Below, one piece after another: positions 18,602-26,170 of a stretch of DNA of 64,000 nucleotides. Source of the stretch: a virus; IMG/VR virus record IMGVR_UViG_3300025570_000007, one strand, 5' to 3'. Position 1 is the stretch's first letter. The number at the start of each line of letters is the position of its first letter. The position numbers and the translations under genes were made by a program. Below the pieces are notes generated by a model, which was not told the origin of the DNA, made no database searches, and saw only the letters and a list, made by a program, of their open reading frames with translations.

Positions 18602-19509
18602 ACCTTATAAGGTGTTAATTTTGAATCTTCAGGTAAAAATTTTCCTGTCAAGTTTAAAGCTTCTTGTTTGAGTTTCCAATACATTTGACAATCGTCAGGT
18701 ATGTCTACTCTTGTACTATCTAATACCTTTAGGTACAGGTCTAACACACCTTCTAAATTAAACTGATCCATGTATGTTTTAATTAACATCATTATATCAT
18801 GGTAATTTCTCAGTGTACTTAGTCTAAACTCAAGTCCGTAAAGTGCAGTTAGAAATTCTACTGCTTTTTTAGGTGTATCCGCCACTATTCGCTGAGTTAT
18901 TTTATTCTTAACTCCGTAATTGTGGGAGAAGGTATAGCCTTTATTTGAAAATAGTGCGATAATTAACTGTGTACGGTGTAGCCCTTTTACATTGCCCTCG
19001 TAACTGTCTGAATGGTATGCGAACTTTAACCAGTCTATATTTCCTATACTTATATCAACTTGTACATTCTCGGGTAACCAGCAGTTATGGTATGCACCAA
19101 ATTGTGGTGCTACTAAGAATAATGTTCCTGCTGATGATCCTTTTGCATTTGCTACAAGATCCGTATTAGAGTCATTTAATTTATCTGCAAGTGCTACAAT
19201 TATAGATTTTTTACGAAGTTGTTCATCTGTAGCAGTTCTAGCTCGCTTCTTAAAAACTGTAAAAAGCTTATTAATTATATCGTGATCTAGATCCCAGTCT
19301 GCTAAATCAGTAAATGCATATTCAGATAATGCTAAATCGATATCTCCTGAAAATTCTTTCTTTCCTGCAGAACCTATTAATTCTAATCCGCCTATATGTC
19401 TTCTTGCTTTCGGGAAGACCGTATAAAGTTGTTCGAAGAATAGATCTAAAGTAGGTTGTACGTTTTCTCGTTTAATCCTTGAAGTTTCACTAAAAACATT
19501 TCCTCCCAT
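18598..19509 (-). CDS. DNA polymerase beta-superfamily nucleotidyltransferase
   Basis: LIGSAGKKEFSGDIDLAL, VQVD, KGLHRTQL; N-terminus MGGNVF. Confidence 0.8.
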   Translation of the reverse strand: MGGNVFSETSRIKRENVQPTLDLFFEQLYTVFPKARRHIGGLELIGSAGKKEFSGDIDLALSEYAFTDLADWDLDHDIINKLFTVFKKRARTATDEQLRKKSIIVALADKLNDSNTDLVANAKGSSAGTLFLVAPQFGAYHNCWLPENVQVDISIGNIDWLKFAYHSDSYEGNVKGLHRTQLIIALFSNKGYTFSHNYGVKNKITQRIVADTPKKAVEFLTALYGLEFRLSTLRNYHDIMMLIKTYMDQFNLEGVLDLYLKVLDSTRVDIPDDCQMYWKLKQEALNLTGKFLPEDSKLTPYKV

Positions 19510-19533
19510 TCTATAACCTTTTTTAATTAATCA

Positions 19534-19566
19534 TAAAGATAAGAAACAATCTTTAAGTCTACAACT
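19534..19566 (-). promoter_or_regulatory. Bacteroidota-type (-33/-7) promoter for the nucleotidyltransferase operon
   Basis: AGTTG-N20-TATCTTTA, same spacing as the array promoters. Confidence 0.7.
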
Positions 19567-20341
19567 TTAAAACTGTCGGATATTCCTTAAAAATAGGCTT
19601 TACTTCAGGGTTATCTAATTTATATAGTTTATATATTGTTTGAAATAAATCAAAATTATGGTCTATCTCGTCAACTATCTTAACTTGCCACCCTTTTCCT
19701 TGGTACACTCCTTTCTTTTTCGATTCACTCCTTGTTAAGGCTTTAAGCCAAAGTATACCTGTTCTTTCTATCTTCGTACCTGTTGCTTCTTCTATAGATT
19801 TTGCATAAGCTGAAAGTTGTAGGTTGTAGGCTCGGTGTAAGTTGTTAGAAGTCTTTAAATCTAGTAGCCACACTTCTCCATCCATTTTCACTACTAAATC
19901 AGCTGTTCCTGCATACTTATGTGTATCTGAGTATGTAAATTGTTCTGAGGATATTAGTTCAGGTTTATGTGTTGTCCAAAATTCATGGAACTTTATAATC
20001 ATTGCCCATACTACTTGAGAATACTTAGCATTACCGTAGTCATCCAACCAGGTAACTTCTTCTCCTTTTACTAATGCTTCAGCTGCTTCATGTACTTGCG
20101 TACCTTCTCTACCTGCTTTTGCCAGTATTAAATCAGCATTATGTCCTACATCTTTCAACCAGTTGTCAAAAAACTTATTCTTAGGCATGTACTGTAGAAC
20201 TGTTGTGACTGAAGGGTAGTATACTCCTTCTGATCTTCTATATACTCTCCTATCTAGGAAGGTAATTTGTTTTAATTTAGGTTTGAATTCTAACCTCTCT
20301 TTTTTAGCTTCTTTTAAGATACTGTTACCTTCTCTAATCAT
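19559..20341 (-). CDS. PD-(D/E)XK (Cas4/RecB-like) exonuclease
   Basis: YPSVTTVL, GT.VH, E...YAGTADL, LLDLKTS, QLSAYA. Confidence 0.88.
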   Translation of the reverse strand: MIREGNSILKEAKKERLEFKPKLKQITFLDRRVYRRSEGVYYPSVTTVLQYMPKNKFFDNWLKDVGHNADLILAKAGREGTQVHEAAEALVKGEEVTWLDDYGNAKYSQVVWAMIIKFHEFWTTHKPELISSEQFTYSDTHKYAGTADLVVKMDGEVWLLDLKTSNNLHRAYNLQLSAYAKSIEEATGTKIERTGILWLKALTRSESKKKGVYQGKGWQVKIVDEIDHNFDLFQTIYKLYKLDNPEVKPIFKEYPTVLKL

Positions 20342-21270
20342 ATGGCATTCATTTTGTGCAACATTAGATTACGAAAATCTAATTCCTTTGTCGACTGTAT
20401 TAGTTCTGTGAAAGCTTTAAATCCCATTTCACTAGGATCTTTCTGCTTTAAATCTACTAAGAAAACCTTTTTACCTATTTTAATCAACTCTTCAGCATGT
20501 CTTAGTGCTGCTTTCTGTGCATCTAGGTCTAATGCAATGTATATATCTTCTACGTCTGATGTGATTATTCTCTTCAATAACGAATCTGCTATTGCTTTTC
20601 CTAAGATAGGAATTGAATTACGTTTAACTGCCATGGCATCGAAAACTCCTTCTACTAATATAATTGGCTGGTTCCAGTTAATAAGATTCTCAAAGAAAAT
20701 TATATTTTTATCTGTTTCTGGTCCTTTGTACTTGAAGTAATTTCCTTCGTAAGTTCGGCCAATAAAGTAATTGAGTTTATTCGATGAAGAATAACTTGGG
20801 ATAATAACTCTTCCGGCATAGAGTCCATCTGTTGCGTATCCAACATTATATTTAATAAAATCATTGTCGGTAAGTCCTCTCTCATATAGGTATCTTCTTA
20901 CTTTGTTTGCGATAACTGATACTTTTGTAGCTGAAGCTAGTGGTTGAAATTCTTCTGGTAGTTTAGTTACCTCTTCTCCGCGGTATATGTATTTCTTCCC
21001 TTTCCTTACGTACTTTAGTATTTCGTCTGCTTCGCTTTTAGGTATTTTAGCTTGCTTAAGTAGTGAGTATATCGACTGTCCTCTAGTCTGACATACCCAG
21101 CATTCCCAAAAGTTTTTACCTTCCTCGTTGGTTCTTAGATTGATCTCTAATTTAGGTTTCTTATGATTACAGAAAGGACAAGCAAAAGCGTGATTATCTC
21201 TAGCTCTCTTATAACTCTTTCCTAAGATACCTTCTAACGACCCTAGTAGAAAAGTATAGTCCATACACAA
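20338..21270 (-). CDS. dnaG: DNA primase (CHC2-type zinc finger plus TOPRIM); start may be 21264
   Basis: CPFC.H, WECWVC, YLYERGL, RVIIP, VEGVFDA, ALDLDA, KDP. Confidence 0.92.
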   Translation of the reverse strand: MCMDYTFLLGSLEGILGKSYKRARDNHAFACPFCNHKKPKLEINLRTNEEGKNFWECWVCQTRGQSIYSLLKQAKIPKSEADEILKYVRKGKKYIYRGEEVTKLPEEFQPLASATKVSVIANKVRRYLYERGLTDNDFIKYNVGYATDGLYAGRVIIPSYSSSNKLNYFIGRTYEGNYFKYKGPETDKNIIFFENLINWNQPIILVEGVFDAMAVKRNSIPILGKAIADSLLKRIITSDVEDIYIALDLDAQKAALRHAEELIKIGKKVFLVDLKQKDPSEMGFKAFTELIQSTKELDFRNLMLHKMNAI

Positions 21271-21282
21271 TAGTTTATTCTT

Positions 21283-21315
21283 CTAATGTACGAATAATAA
21301 TCTACGATACCAACT
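21283..21315 (-). promoter_or_regulatory. Bacteroidota-type promoter for primase/exonuclease
   Basis: AGTTG-N20-TACATTAG. Confidence 0.6.
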
Positions 21316-21508
21316 AATCCTCTTTTTTTAATTGGCTTACTAGTTCTTGTAGGAATGGTTGGTAATTATGTTTACCGTAATTCTCTCTAAGTATCTCAGC
21401 TACTCCTGCTGCAAGTTCTTTATATCCTAAATCTGGATCAACTTGGTTTATTGCCTGATCAAGTGCAGAATAGATATCCTCCTTGATTATTAATTTAGTT
21501 AATTTCAT
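21314..21508 (-). CDS. Small hypothetical protein with MKL...IKE N-terminus
   Basis: MKLTKLIIKE|D. Confidence 0.6.
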   Translation of the reverse strand: MKLTKLIIKEDIYSALDQAINQVDPDLGYKELAAGVAEILRENYGKHNYQPFLQELVSQLKKED

Positions 21509-21509
21509 A

Positions 21510-21827
21510 TTAATCGAATCCGCTGTTTCCTTTTTCTCTTTGTTTACCTAGCCATGCTTTTTTTCCCTGCTTATACTTATCTCTTTCTTGCTTAAAAGCA
21601 GGTATTTTAAATACATGCATCCAAGGTTGTGTTCTATCTATAATTACCTCTAAGCTTAGGTCTTTATCTTGCTTCCACCTCTCTAGATCTCCCTCATCGT
21701 TTATCTGTGTTAGTGAATCTCGTTTTGGATCAGCTAAACTATCCCCTCTCTTAACGTTAACGCCAAACTTTAAATCCGATAAAGTAGTCCGTGTTCCTTG
21801 TTCTTGTAATATTTGTAGTAGTTTCAT
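21510..21827 (-). CDS. Hypothetical protein with MKL...LQE N-terminus
   Basis: MKLLQILQE|Q. Confidence 0.6.
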   Translation of the reverse strand: MKLLQILQEQGTRTTLSDLKFGVNVKRGDSLADPKRDSLTQINDEGDLERWKQDKDLSLEVIIDRTQPWMHVFKIPAFKQERDKYKQGKKAWLGKQREKGNSGFD

Positions 21828-22315
21828 TTAAAGTGTTTAAAAAAATCTTTTCTAAAGAATTTACCGAGTATATTATCGTTAATATAGTTGTCCCTATTCT
21901 CTAATACCTCTTTTATAAATAGGTGCTTACATTCAAAATAAGTAAGTAGCTTTTTAGTTGCTACATATTCTATAATCTCTCTCTTGAAATCCTCTTCTGT
22001 ACCGTTCTTTACTAGCTCCATAATCTCCTTCTGAGATCCGAAGTATGTTTTCCAGTCTGATTCTTTTATTACTTTTTTCTTAAGAGGTGTCTTTCCTCTA
22101 AGTTTAAGTATCTTTCTCTCCTCTTTAAGGGCTTCTAAAGCTTTTTTACCTAGTCTTACATTTCTCTCAAAGTATAGAACTTTTCTCCCTATGTATTTTT
22201 TACCTGACGGTATATGAGTAACTTCGTATATGAACCCGTAAGTACCTTCTGGCATGTCTGAGATTTCAGTTACAGGTTTTGTTTTATATGTCCACAGTGG
22301 TTTTGTGCTTATCAT
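21824..22315 (-). CDS. GIY-YIG nuclease, T4 endonuclease II (DenA)-like
   Basis: GFIYEVT...GKKYIGRK, ESDWKTYFGS, FKREI, Y.E, YIN.NI. Confidence 0.8.
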   Translation of the reverse strand: MISTKPLWTYKTKPVTEISDMPEGTYGFIYEVTHIPSGKKYIGRKVLYFERNVRLGKKALEALKEERKILKLRGKTPLKKKVIKESDWKTYFGSQKEIMELVKNGTEEDFKREIIEYVATKKLLTYFECKHLFIKEVLENRDNYINDNILGKFFRKDFFKHFK

Positions 22316-22322
22316 AATAGTA

Positions 22323-23201
22323 TTATTTTCTTAATGATTCTATAACCTTATCATCATTGAAGATGTCTTTTTGACTACTGTACGGACATGATGTAATATC
22401 TTGGGCTAATCCGAAAGGCTGGTATAAGTTGTTTGGAAATGTTGCTTTTAAAGTAAATGGATTTGCTTCTATATTACTGTGTAGTCCGTATCCAAAGATA
22501 CTAGGGTGCGTAGTTACCCAACATACTGTTGAAGGTAGTCTATACGCTGCTGCGAGATGTTGTGCAAAAGAATCTACTAACAACCTTTTATCTGCTATGT
22601 TTAGCAAGACTGCAATACTTCTGAATCCGTCTAGGGCTTGCATAACGTTAGGGTATGTTTTTTGATCTTGCCTTTTTATATGAACAATTGTATGAGTATC
22701 TTGAAACTCTTCAATTACCCTTAGTACTGTACTCTCAGGAATATCTCTTGTCCAGGAATAGTTAAATCCCTGATTTGAAGGTCCTCCGTTTGGCTGTATA
22801 ACTAGTATAGGCTTTTCTGTTTTGTAGAAAGGCGTAAAGTACTCTATCTCCGATTCTGTTAGGTATATTTGAGGGGTTTCTCCGTCGTACTGTAACCCCC
22901 ATTGGTTACACCATATACTATATAAGTGATCTTGTTCTAGTATGTAGTCTGAGTGGGTATACGGATCTGTGTAGTACATTTTACACTTACCTTCCTTACC
23001 TTTTATATACTTCTCGTAAATAGGTCCGTGTTCATTTGAATTATGTACAAAGTCTGCTGCTGGGTTATGTAGGAATATGTCTGGGTAAGCGCATACTATA
23101 TGTATTTTAGCGTTCAAGTGTTTCTTTCTGATAACTTTCAGTATAGCGGTAGCCATTATATGCTTACCTAGCCCGCCGTCGATGTGAAATACAACTGTCA
23201 T
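22323..23201 (-). CDS. Glycosyltransferase, GT9 (heptosyltransferase)-like fold
   Basis: N-terminal GGLGK.I.ATA; C-terminal VDSF..HLAAA...PSTV.W. Confidence 0.75.
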   Translation of the reverse strand: MTVVFHIDGGLGKHIMATAILKVIRKKHLNAKIHIVCAYPDIFLHNPAADFVHNSNEHGPIYEKYIKGKEGKCKMYYTDPYTHSDYILEQDHLYSIWCNQWGLQYDGETPQIYLTESEIEYFTPFYKTEKPILVIQPNGGPSNQGFNYSWTRDIPESTVLRVIEEFQDTHTIVHIKRQDQKTYPNVMQALDGFRSIAVLLNIADKRLLVDSFAQHLAAAYRLPSTVCWVTTHPSIFGYGLHSNIEANPFTLKATFPNNLYQPFGLAQDITSCPYSSQKDIFNDDKVIESLRK

Positions 23202-23213
23202 ATATTAGTTTAA

Positions 23214-24023
23214 TTAGTAGAAATATTCATAAAACCATTCGTAATGTTTTTTAATTAGCATACAGGTATCGTAACCTAAGACCTCTATTGCGGTACTCTC
23301 TACAGGACGTACTTCAGTTCTTATTACATGATCCCCGTAAACTCCGTAAACTGCATCATCTTCTTGTGTGATTTGGGCTACGTTATTGAGATCGTGGTTA
23401 AAGTAGGGTGTGTCTATAAACTTATAATACTTCTGTAACACTTCTTCTGGGTTACTCACTAGATCTTCAAATGTAATAAAGTGAACTTTACTGTCAATCT
23501 TCTGCTTTACCATCTCTTTTAGCCTCTCAAAAGCCATCCCTATTGGAGGGGTTTGTGCCCATATGTCTACTCTCTTTGCTGTAGTGGTTCCTTTCATTTC
23601 TGACCAGTTTATTACTCCCTGATCTAAGTGTTCACTCTTTCTAAAGTTCTTCTCCATTGAACACATAATATCGACAGGATCTCTCAATAGGCATACTATT
23701 TTAGGGTCCGGGTAAAAGGAGTTAAGAAAGTTATAATGTATTCCCCACCCTCTACTTTTATCTAATATGTAGGGTTTATCTGTAATTGCATTAAAAAATC
23801 CTTCCATTCCTTCTTTACAGAAGTTAAGGTACCCCTTAGTCATTAGATTTACGTCTTGTGCTTTAAATTCAGGGGAGTTTGAGAAATTCTGTCTTGAAGC
23901 ATAAACCAACTCTAGTACCCCCGAAGTAGGGGTTACGTAGAAGTCTGGGTTCTGCCCTATTATGTTTTGAAAAAGGGTAGAACCTGCTCTAGGAAGAGAT
24001 GATTGAAAAAATACTTTTTGCAT
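23214..24023 (-). CDS. PAPS-dependent sulfotransferase
   Basis: SLPRAGSTL 5'-PSB loop, DKSRGW, RDP.D..S 3'-PB motif, FEDL..NP. Confidence 0.9.
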   Translation of the reverse strand: MQKVFFQSSLPRAGSTLFQNIIGQNPDFYVTPTSGVLELVYASRQNFSNSPEFKAQDVNLMTKGYLNFCKEGMEGFFNAITDKPYILDKSRGWGIHYNFLNSFYPDPKIVCLLRDPVDIMCSMEKNFRKSEHLDQGVINWSEMKGTTTAKRVDIWAQTPPIGMAFERLKEMVKQKIDSKVHFITFEDLVSNPEEVLQKYYKFIDTPYFNHDLNNVAQITQEDDAVYGVYGDHVIRTEVRPVESTAIEVLGYDTCMLIKKHYEWFYEYFY

Positions 24024-24039
24024 AACTAGTGTTTAATGC

Positions 24040-24072
24040 ATAAGTTACGAAAACTTTTCTAAGGTAGCAACT
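24040..24072 (-). promoter_or_regulatory. Bacteroidota-type promoter for sulfotransferase/GT
   Basis: AGTTG-N20-TAACTTAT. Confidence 0.55.
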
Positions 24073-24076
24073 TATT

Positions 24077-26152
24077 TTAGAATAATGGATTCCATATTGT
24101 CCCGTTATAGTAGTATAGTTTACTAGATCCTGATGATCCTGATGATATTATCATTCCTTCAGCGGCTGTTGGTGTTGATATTCTTCTACTTAGTTGTAAA
24201 ATACCGTGACTAGTTGTTGATCCTGTTATATGTAAATTCTGTACATATGTTGTACTGGTCTCTGCTGCTGTTATACCGCTTCCTATTATAAAAGAGTCAT
24301 TAACTGCTAAACTATTATCTCTTCCTCCCAATACGGCTGAGTAGTCTCCTGATACTGTATTATTAACTCCTCCTCCTACTGTGCCGTATTTAGAGCATGC
24401 TACGTTTTGACACCCTCCTGATACAGTTCCGAAGCATAATTCTGCTAGGTTGCTGCATCCTCCTCCTACTGTTGACCCTATACCTGTGAATGCACAGGTT
24501 ATATTACCGGAACCTCCTCCTATTGTTGAACTGTCTCCTGATGCTGTGTTGCTGGAGCCTCCTGATATTGTTCCACATGATCCTGATACTGTGTTGTTGT
24601 ATCCTCCTGATACTGTTCCGTAGCTCGCTGATACTGTACTGTTATTTCCTACTGGCTGTATTGAGCCTAATGCTGTGCCAATTTCGTATATTCCTGCTAC
24701 TCCTGTTAATCCTGTTAATCCTGATCCATCTCCGTGGATTATTCCTTCTATATATGCATCTGTTGTATTTACATTTCCTAATGTTGTTGTATTACTGCCT
24801 CTTCCAATTGCTGCATGCCCTATTACTATTTGATTAACTTCCGAACTTCCACTTGATTTTGTCTGAGTTCCTATGAAGATGGAGCAGTTCGGTGTTGTAT
24901 TATTTGTAGTTGATGTGCTTCTTCCTGCTTCGTGGCCAACGGCAACATTATATCCTCCATCTACACTTAAAGATAGTGCTCGATTTCCAACAGCTGTATT
25001 ATATTGACCTAATACATTATTACTTAAGAAAGCGGCTTGGTATCCTATCGCTACATTCCTACTACCTACTGTGTTACTTTGTAATGCACAAGTTCCTAAA
25101 GCTGTATTAAATACAGAAGTTGTACTAGATTTACCTGCGTTTATTCCGATGTATGCTGATCCGTCTCCATCATCTAAGTTAAGCTTACTTCCGGTTATAT
25201 CGTTTACAGTTATACTGTCCGTAGTCGTATTTCCTGCTGTTGTAACTTGTTGTAAGGTTAATGCTGCTATAGATGAAGTTACATATGATTCTAAATAATT
25301 TCGAGTAGTTACAACTTGTCCAGTAGTTTCATTACTAATTAAGGTTGTTGTTAAACTTGGTGCCACTATCGTTCTATCGGTATTCAATAAAAGAACTTTA
25401 TCTTGTTGACCTTCAGTTATTTGATTAGTTGCTGTGTTCCCTAATGAGAATACTATATCCCCAGTATTATCACCAACCATTATATTTAGGTTCTTACCTG
25501 TAATAAGACCATGCGCTCTTAACCATGGAGCGTAATAAGAATCGTTTTGTATACCTAAATAAACACCTTCATCAAATGCATCTCCGTTAATAGTTGCTCT
25601 AAATCCAGCTATGGCTGCATTTCCAACCGTATCTGTGTTATTTACAAGGAATCCTGTTGCCTTATTATTAGAACTTTCTACATAGAACCCTTCTTCGTTA
25701 TTTGCAGGTTGTACTTGTGTTCCAAAGTAGGCATCTATGGGATTTACAATAGTAGATACAGGATGTGATATTCCAGTCAATCCTGATCCATCTCCTACGA
25801 ATGATCCACTAAAAGAACCTGATATGATTGCTATTATATCGTCTGCGAAAAAAAACCTATCTCTGGTTGTGCTGATTACCATATTAGAGGAATCGCCCAT
25901 GTTAAAAGCCATCACTTCTGCTCCAGTATAGTCTATTGAGAGAGCACCAACATATGGAGCTGATACTCCTATTTTGCTAAGATTGTTAAGCATAATGCCG
26001 TTGGAGCTTGTAACTGCTAATGTAAATGATTTAGCACCTCCTATAGTCTGGTTAGTTGTTGTATCTACTATACCGCTTAATGATATACCGTCGCTAACCG
26101 ATAAGCTTCCTGTTATTTGTACGTTATTTCTAAATATATGCTCGTTTGCCAT
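24077..26152 (-). CDS. Tail fibre / adhesin-like virion protein
   Basis: NTAxGxxAL beta-roll repeats, TVSGGxxN repeats, GDGSGLT linkers. Confidence 0.75.
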   Translation of the reverse strand: MANEHIFRNNVQITGSLSVSDGISLSGIVDTTTNQTIGGAKSFTLAVTSSNGIMLNNLSKIGVSAPYVGALSIDYTGAEVMAFNMGDSSNMVISTTRDRFFFADDIIAIISGSFSGSFVGDGSGLTGISHPVSTIVNPIDAYFGTQVQPANNEEGFYVESSNNKATGFLVNNTDTVGNAAIAGFRATINGDAFDEGVYLGIQNDSYYAPWLRAHGLITGKNLNIMVGDNTGDIVFSLGNTATNQITEGQQDKVLLLNTDRTIVAPSLTTTLISNETTGQVVTTRNYLESYVTSSIAALTLQQVTTAGNTTTDSITVNDITGSKLNLDDGDGSAYIGINAGKSSTTSVFNTALGTCALQSNTVGSRNVAIGYQAAFLSNNVLGQYNTAVGNRALSLSVDGGYNVAVGHEAGRSTSTTNNTTPNCSIFIGTQTKSSGSSEVNQIVIGHAAIGRGSNTTTLGNVNTTDAYIEGIIHGDGSGLTGLTGVAGIYEIGTALGSIQPVGNNSTVSASYGTVSGGYNNTVSGSCGTISGGSSNTASGDSSTIGGGSGNITCAFTGIGSTVGGGCSNLAELCFGTVSGGCQNVACSKYGTVGGGVNNTVSGDYSAVLGGRDNSLAVNDSFIIGSGITAAETSTTYVQNLHITGSTTSHGILQLSRRISTPTAAEGMIISSGSSGSSKLYYYNGTIWNPLF

Positions 26153-26170
26153 TACTTATCTTTATTATAA

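Noticed and set aside
19559-20341. Cas4-like nuclease as evidence of CRISPR-Cas
   Set aside because: A stand-alone PD-(D/E)XK exonuclease beside the primase is ordinary in large phages; no Fe-S cysteine set or other cas genes
8758-21270. Inteins or introns in portal, terminase or primase
   Set aside because: Lengths and motif spacing are normal; no splice or homing motifs. The Gly/Pro-rich portal tail looks like a disordered extension
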